Shown here one piece after another: positions 60,269 through 64,000 of a stretch of 64,000 nt of DNA (positions within the stretch are counted from its first letter, which is position 1; each line of letters begins with the position of its first letter). The stretch covers positions 32,001 to 96,000 of the forward strand of contig JBDKUN010000050.1 of the NCBI GenBank assembly GCA_039679675.1, in the 5' to 3' direction. The notes under the pieces were generated by a model, which saw nothing but the letters and a program-made list of their open reading frames with translations, had not been told where the DNA came from and searched no databases. Both the position numbers and the translations under genes were made by a program. Source of the stretch: Armatimonadota bacterium (GTDB lineage Bacteria; Armatimonadota; UBA5829; DTLH01).

Positions 60269-60614
60269 CGCCTTTCGCTACCTCTCTGATGATCTCCTCA
60301 AGGGTCTCTCCAGCTTCTTCCCCACGCTCAGCAAAAGCGCCGCTGGCCTTGAGTGTGTCCAAACTGAGCTTACCATCGGCACTTTTTGAGAGCAGGCTGT
60401 GCAGGTTCTTCGCCGCGACGAGCGACGCATCCGATGTTATCCTGGCAGCCGCGGCTCTGATCACCCGTTCTTCTGCGGCAAGCGCTTTCTGGAACTCTTT
60501 GAAAAGCCGCCATTTGGCAATTGTCTCTATCGATACCCCGACTTCAGCCGCCACTTCCTCATCGGGTTTCTGAAACATCAGTTTGATTGCTTTTCGCTGC
60601 TTTTTCGATAGCAT
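60252..60614 (-). CDS. Putative terminase small subunit (HTH)
   Basis: LSKKQRKAI...EVAAEVGVS.ETI.KW...EF; overlaps TerL; GGGGAGG RBS. Confidence 0.7.
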   Translation of the reverse strand: MLSKKQRKAIKLMFQKPDEEVAAEVGVSIETIAKWRLFKEFQKALAAEERVIRAAAARITSDASLVAAKNLHSLLSKSADGKLSLDTLKASGAFAERGEEAGETLEEIIREVAKGDESGD

Positions 60615-60732
60615 CCCGCCCTCCCCTGTCATAATTCCAGCTGCCAAGCCAGCATTTAGTTGTTCACTATTATAAGACAACAACTCAGGCGAAATACGGG
60701 GTCAAAATAATGATATTTACAGGGCATTACTG

Positions 60733-60746
60733 CGAACGCTTGTTCT
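60733..60746. promoter_or_regulatory. Possible LexA (SOS) box, GAAC-N4-GTTC type
   Basis: CGAACGCTTGTTCT, ~120 bp upstream of the terS start. Confidence 0.4.
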
Positions 60747-60993
60747 ATGGCCTAAAAAACCTCAGCAATAAATATCCCAAAAAGCTGGTAATGGTACGGG
60801 TTTTGCAATAGCTATCTGCAGACGAAAAGTATTAATTTATGATTTGATGCCGCTTACCCTGCGGCATGTTGTAGTATGAGGAGATCCGATGAGAAGGGTT
60901 ATCTGTGCTTTTATTACCGCGTTAGTAGTTGCCGCCGCTATCTACGCCCATCCATAAATATATCCCGATAACATAGTAAAGGAGTCATTCGTT

Positions 60994-62079
60994 GTGACCA
61001 GTTTCAACGGCCTCGGAATGCACATGGGAAACCTCAGCCGTTTGTCGCCGGCTAAAACCCGCTCGATAAGCGCTGAGAACCCGACCGGAGAAAAAGGCAA
61101 GGTCGGGATGGCAACGGAAGGAAACAACGCGAAATGCGCCCGCGACCTCGGACAGGGATGGAAGATTTCCCCTTGCGTTACGGTCCAGCCCGGCGAGTGT
61201 CTGACTTTAGCTGACATCGAAGGCCCCGGCGCGATCCAGCACATATGGATGACTCCCAGCGGACACTGGCGGTTCTGCATATTAAGAATCTACTGGGACG
61301 GCAGCGAAACGCCATCTGTCGAGTGTCCCATCGGCGACTTTTTCGCATGCGGCTGGAATGAGTACGCTCAGGTATCGTCTCTCGCCGTCTGCGTCAATCC
61401 CAGAAGCGGGCTCAACAGCTATTGGGAGATGCCGTTTAAAAAATCCTGCAAGATGACGGTAACGAACATCGCTGGCGAGCCTATGGTGCTCTTCTACCAG
61501 ATCGACTACACCCTGACCGATGTGCCGGATGATGCAGCCTACTTCCACGCCCAGTTCCGGCGAGTCAACCCTCTGCCGTATAAAGAAGTCCATACGATCC
61601 TGGACGGAGTCAAAGGACAAGGCCAGTATGTCGGGACTTATATGGCATGGGGAGTGAACAACTGCGGCTGGTGGGGCGAAGGCGAGATCAAGTTCTATAT
61701 GGACGGAGATGTAGAGTGGCCCACTATCTGCGGGACAGGCACAGAGGACTATTTCTGCGGCTCTTATGACTTCGACCTGGGCAAAGAAAACGGCGGCTAC
61801 CGTGAGTTTACGACCCCTTACGCCGGATTGCCTCAAGTCATACGCCCGGACGGGCTGTACAGATCACAGACAAGGTTCGGGCTGTACCGCTGGCATATAG
61901 CTGACCCGGTCCGGTTTGAAAAAGACCTCAAGGTAACGATCCAGGCGCTTGGGTGGCGAAGTGATGGCCGGTATTTGCCGCTTCAGGACGATATTTCGTC
62001 CGTTGCCTACTGGTATCAGACGCTCCCGACGGCGCCGTTCCCGCAGCTGCCGGACAAGGATTATCTGGAGATTATCTGA
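60994..62079 (+). CDS. DUF2961 / GH172 glycoside hydrolase
   Basis: SISAENPTGEKG, GPGAIQHIW, WWGEGE, GTGTEDYF and YWYQ. Confidence 0.92.
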   Translation: MTSFNGLGMHMGNLSRLSPAKTRSISAENPTGEKGKVGMATEGNNAKCARDLGQGWKISPCVTVQPGECLTLADIEGPGAIQHIWMTPSGHWRFCILRIYWDGSETPSVECPIGDFFACGWNEYAQVSSLAVCVNPRSGLNSYWEMPFKKSCKMTVTNIAGEPMVLFYQIDYTLTDVPDDAAYFHAQFRRVNPLPYKEVHTILDGVKGQGQYVGTYMAWGVNNCGWWGEGEIKFYMDGDVEWPTICGTGTEDYFCGSYDFDLGKENGGYREFTTPYAGLPQVIRPDGLYRSQTRFGLYRWHIADPVRFEKDLKVTIQALGWRSDGRYLPLQDDISSVAYWYQTLPTAPFPQLPDKDYLEII

Positions 62080-62083
62080 TTTG

Positions 62084-63655
62084 CTAGAATGTATCGCCGA
62101 GGGTGATGTGGGTGCGGAACTCCTCACCCCAAGCGAAATCCAGGCCAAATGAGCCGATCTCGCTGGTATAACGTACGCCGACTCCTACTCCTGCTCGCGG
62201 GGAAAAGCCCTTGTGCTGCTTGAAGTCCGTGTCGACACCCGGCTGGAACTGGAAATCGCTTCCCCAGGCATCACCGGCGTCCACAAAGGCGACTCCTGTG
62301 AATGATCTCCCGAATGGCTGGCGGTATTCGACAGTCGCGAGAGCCATATTATCACCCCAGAACCTGCCTTCGATGTAACCCCTCAGGCTTCCAAGCCCGC
62401 CAATAAAGTATTGCTCGAAGAAAGGAAGATCGCCTACGGTTGTTCCGGCCATAAGGCGCGTGGCAATGACTCGCGGCCTTCGCGTTGCGGCCTGACCGGG
62501 CAATACCGGTATCCGGTCGAGCGCAAAGAACCTTCTTATCTCAACTGAGCCTTTCGTGATCCAATTGTCACCGTTATCGTCCAGATTGACCCGGCCCGGC
62601 TCCAGAACAGCCCGCCACAGCAGCCCGTGAGTGGGATATACGACCGAATCACGCAGATCAGTAACATACTCGCCCGATATTGCAGCAACTGTCCCATCCT
62701 GAGATGGAATATTACCAATAAAAAGCTGTACCGGCAGGTTGGCTACGTTCAGGTTTTCGTACCGGATTCCTCCCACAAGTCTGCGGACATTAGTCAGTGA
62801 CCTGGTAAAAAGCGCCTGCCCGCCTTTTCCACGCTCGTAATACCTATCGATATCCGTTCCGTTTACCAAGTCTCTCCCGAACCTGTAACTTGCCAGATCG
62901 AAAGCCCTGAGCGTCATCGATGTTTTTGGAGCGACCCACGGAGTGTAGTAGAGAAGCTCTCCGCCGAGCCTGGCATCCAGGCTGTTGACATTCGCCGTCA
63001 GCCTGATTTGTTCCGCCAGACCTTGGAGATTCGATTCAGTGACGGTTACGCTGCCTACGAGGTTATCTCTCGAACTGTAACTTCCGCCGACCGTGATGAA
63101 TCCTGTGCGTTTCCGCTCGACAAGCTCCCATACAACAACAATTTTACCGGGTTCATCTGCCTCGGCAAGCCTTGCATTGACTGATTCGAATATATTGAGC
63201 GCAAACAGCCGTTCAGCGTCCCTGCGAAGAGCGGCAACGCTGTATAACACCCCCGGCTGCACTTCCAGCAACCTTCGGACAGCAAATTCTTTCGTTCGCT
63301 GAAGCCCCTCTATCCTCACCTCGGACACATGGACTTCAGTGATCGGGATGCGCAGAACTCCAGTCTCCTGAAATGGAGCAACAATATCACCTGTCACGAC
63401 AGCAAGATAGCCGCGGTCTCTATACGCATCTGTAATGGCCTGGACTCCCCTGCTGAGTTCAACGTTGGTAAGGAGTTGTCCGGGTTTGATGCCGACGATT
63501 TTGAGCAGTTCATCGCTTGAGATGACCGTATTGCCGGTGAATTCGATCCGTTCGACGTTTCTGTAGACGGTTACCGGCGCAACCGTTTCATCCTGAGCTA
63601 TAGCTTGTGCAAGAAAGATAAAGACCAGCAATGTATAAAGTGCTGTAAGCCTCAT
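62084..63655 (-). CDS. Omp85/BamA-TamA family outer membrane protein
   Basis: Signal peptide, about 2 POTRA domains (IEFTGN, IEGLQRTK), LRGY and C-terminal Phe. Confidence 0.88.
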   Translation of the reverse strand: MRLTALYTLLVFIFLAQAIAQDETVAPVTVYRNVERIEFTGNTVISSDELLKIVGIKPGQLLTNVELSRGVQAITDAYRDRGYLAVVTGDIVAPFQETGVLRIPITEVHVSEVRIEGLQRTKEFAVRRLLEVQPGVLYSVAALRRDAERLFALNIFESVNARLAEADEPGKIVVVWELVERKRTGFITVGGSYSSRDNLVGSVTVTESNLQGLAEQIRLTANVNSLDARLGGELLYYTPWVAPKTSMTLRAFDLASYRFGRDLVNGTDIDRYYERGKGGQALFTRSLTNVRRLVGGIRYENLNVANLPVQLFIGNIPSQDGTVAAISGEYVTDLRDSVVYPTHGLLWRAVLEPGRVNLDDNGDNWITKGSVEIRRFFALDRIPVLPGQAATRRPRVIATRLMAGTTVGDLPFFEQYFIGGLGSLRGYIEGRFWGDNMALATVEYRQPFGRSFTGVAFVDAGDAWGSDFQFQPGVDTDFKQHKGFSPRAGVGVGVRYTSEIGSFGLDFAWGEEFRTHITLGDTF

Positions 63656-63845
63656 ATTACCACCAGGTGCGTGAGAGTTGATCATAAATATTGAGAAATC
63701 AGCTTGAAATATCGTAAAGGCTGCTTGTATATTCCCAAAGGAACGGCTATCCAACCGGTAAAGAGGCTTCTTAGCGTGGAATTATGAAGAAGGAGGGATT
63801 TAAAGAGATGGTGGGGTCTCCGTCACTTCTTTAAATCCCTGCTAA

Positions 63846-64000
63846 TCACTTTGTAAACGGTGGTGCCGGAGGCATATCCTCCGTATCCTTATCAGTGCAC
63901 TTAAACGGTGCACTTGGAGGTGCATCGAGTCCATCTGAATCGTCCGAACCACTATCGAAAGGCGAACCGGGAGCTGTATCCAGAAGCGTGGTGGTCGCTT
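63846..64000 (-). CDS. 3' end of an unknown CDS (runs off window)
   Basis: Open frame ...DTAPGSPF...DAPPSAPF...DMPPAPPFTK*; hairpin at 63793-63840 follows it. Confidence 0.45.
   Translation of the reverse strand, partial: ATTTLLDTAPGSPFDSGSDDSDGLDAPPSAPFKCTDKDTEDMPPAPPFTK

Larger units (their letters stand above)
50942..60614 (-). mobile_element. Mu-like head/packaging and lysis gene cluster without tail, integrase or replication genes (GTA-like or domesticated prophage)
   Basis: Thirteen co-oriented minus-strand ORFs in head-gene order, between host tlpA-like and GH172 genes. Confidence 0.8.

Noticed and set aside
50942..60614. Complete inducible Mu-like prophage, cf-PICI satellite or encapsulin
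   Set aside because: No transposase, integrase, primase, repressor or tail genes are seen, and terminase plus portal exclude an encapsulin. A decayed prophage remains possible but no gene decay is visible.
1..64000. CRISPR array, tRNA or rRNA genes
   Set aside because: Repeats are dispersed palindromes, not regularly spaced with unique spacers. No cas genes or complete cloverleaf noticed; the gtctccacca at 57585-57594 belongs to repeat C.

Overview
Bacterial chromosome segment of moderate GC. The gene content (a DUF1559/H-X9-DG protein, Omp85, anaerobic C1 genes, Terrabacteria-type operators) suggests Armatimonadota; this is an inference. The backbone is housekeeping and metabolic: pfkA, a two-component/PP2C cassette, fhs-metF-metV-acsE, 6S RNA, prfB with its programmed frameshift, hisH/hisA, tsaE/tsaB, mnmG, a GH106-like hydrolase, clpB with a HAIR-like operator, pdp, GH172 and Omp85. 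It is interspersed with AT-rich ORFans and several families of short palindromic repeats. Main candidate: a ~9.7 kb minus-strand locus (50942-60614) of apparently intact Mu-like head genes (TerS, TerL, DUF935 portal, protease/scaffold, decoration protein, gpT capsid, head-completion proteins) plus holin-like genes and an M23 lysin. No integrase/transposase, replication, repressor or tail gene is recognisable in it. It carries host repeats, is split by a host PocR-GGDEF gene, and has a LexA-box-like site upstream, so it looks like a domesticated, gene-transfer-agent-like head-only system. Second point of interest: a Hint-domain polymorphic toxin/immunity cassette next to a tmRNA copy lacking both ends and a GIY-YIG remnant, bracketed by a ~50 bp direct repeat. 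All calls are from reading motifs by eye; no searches were run.
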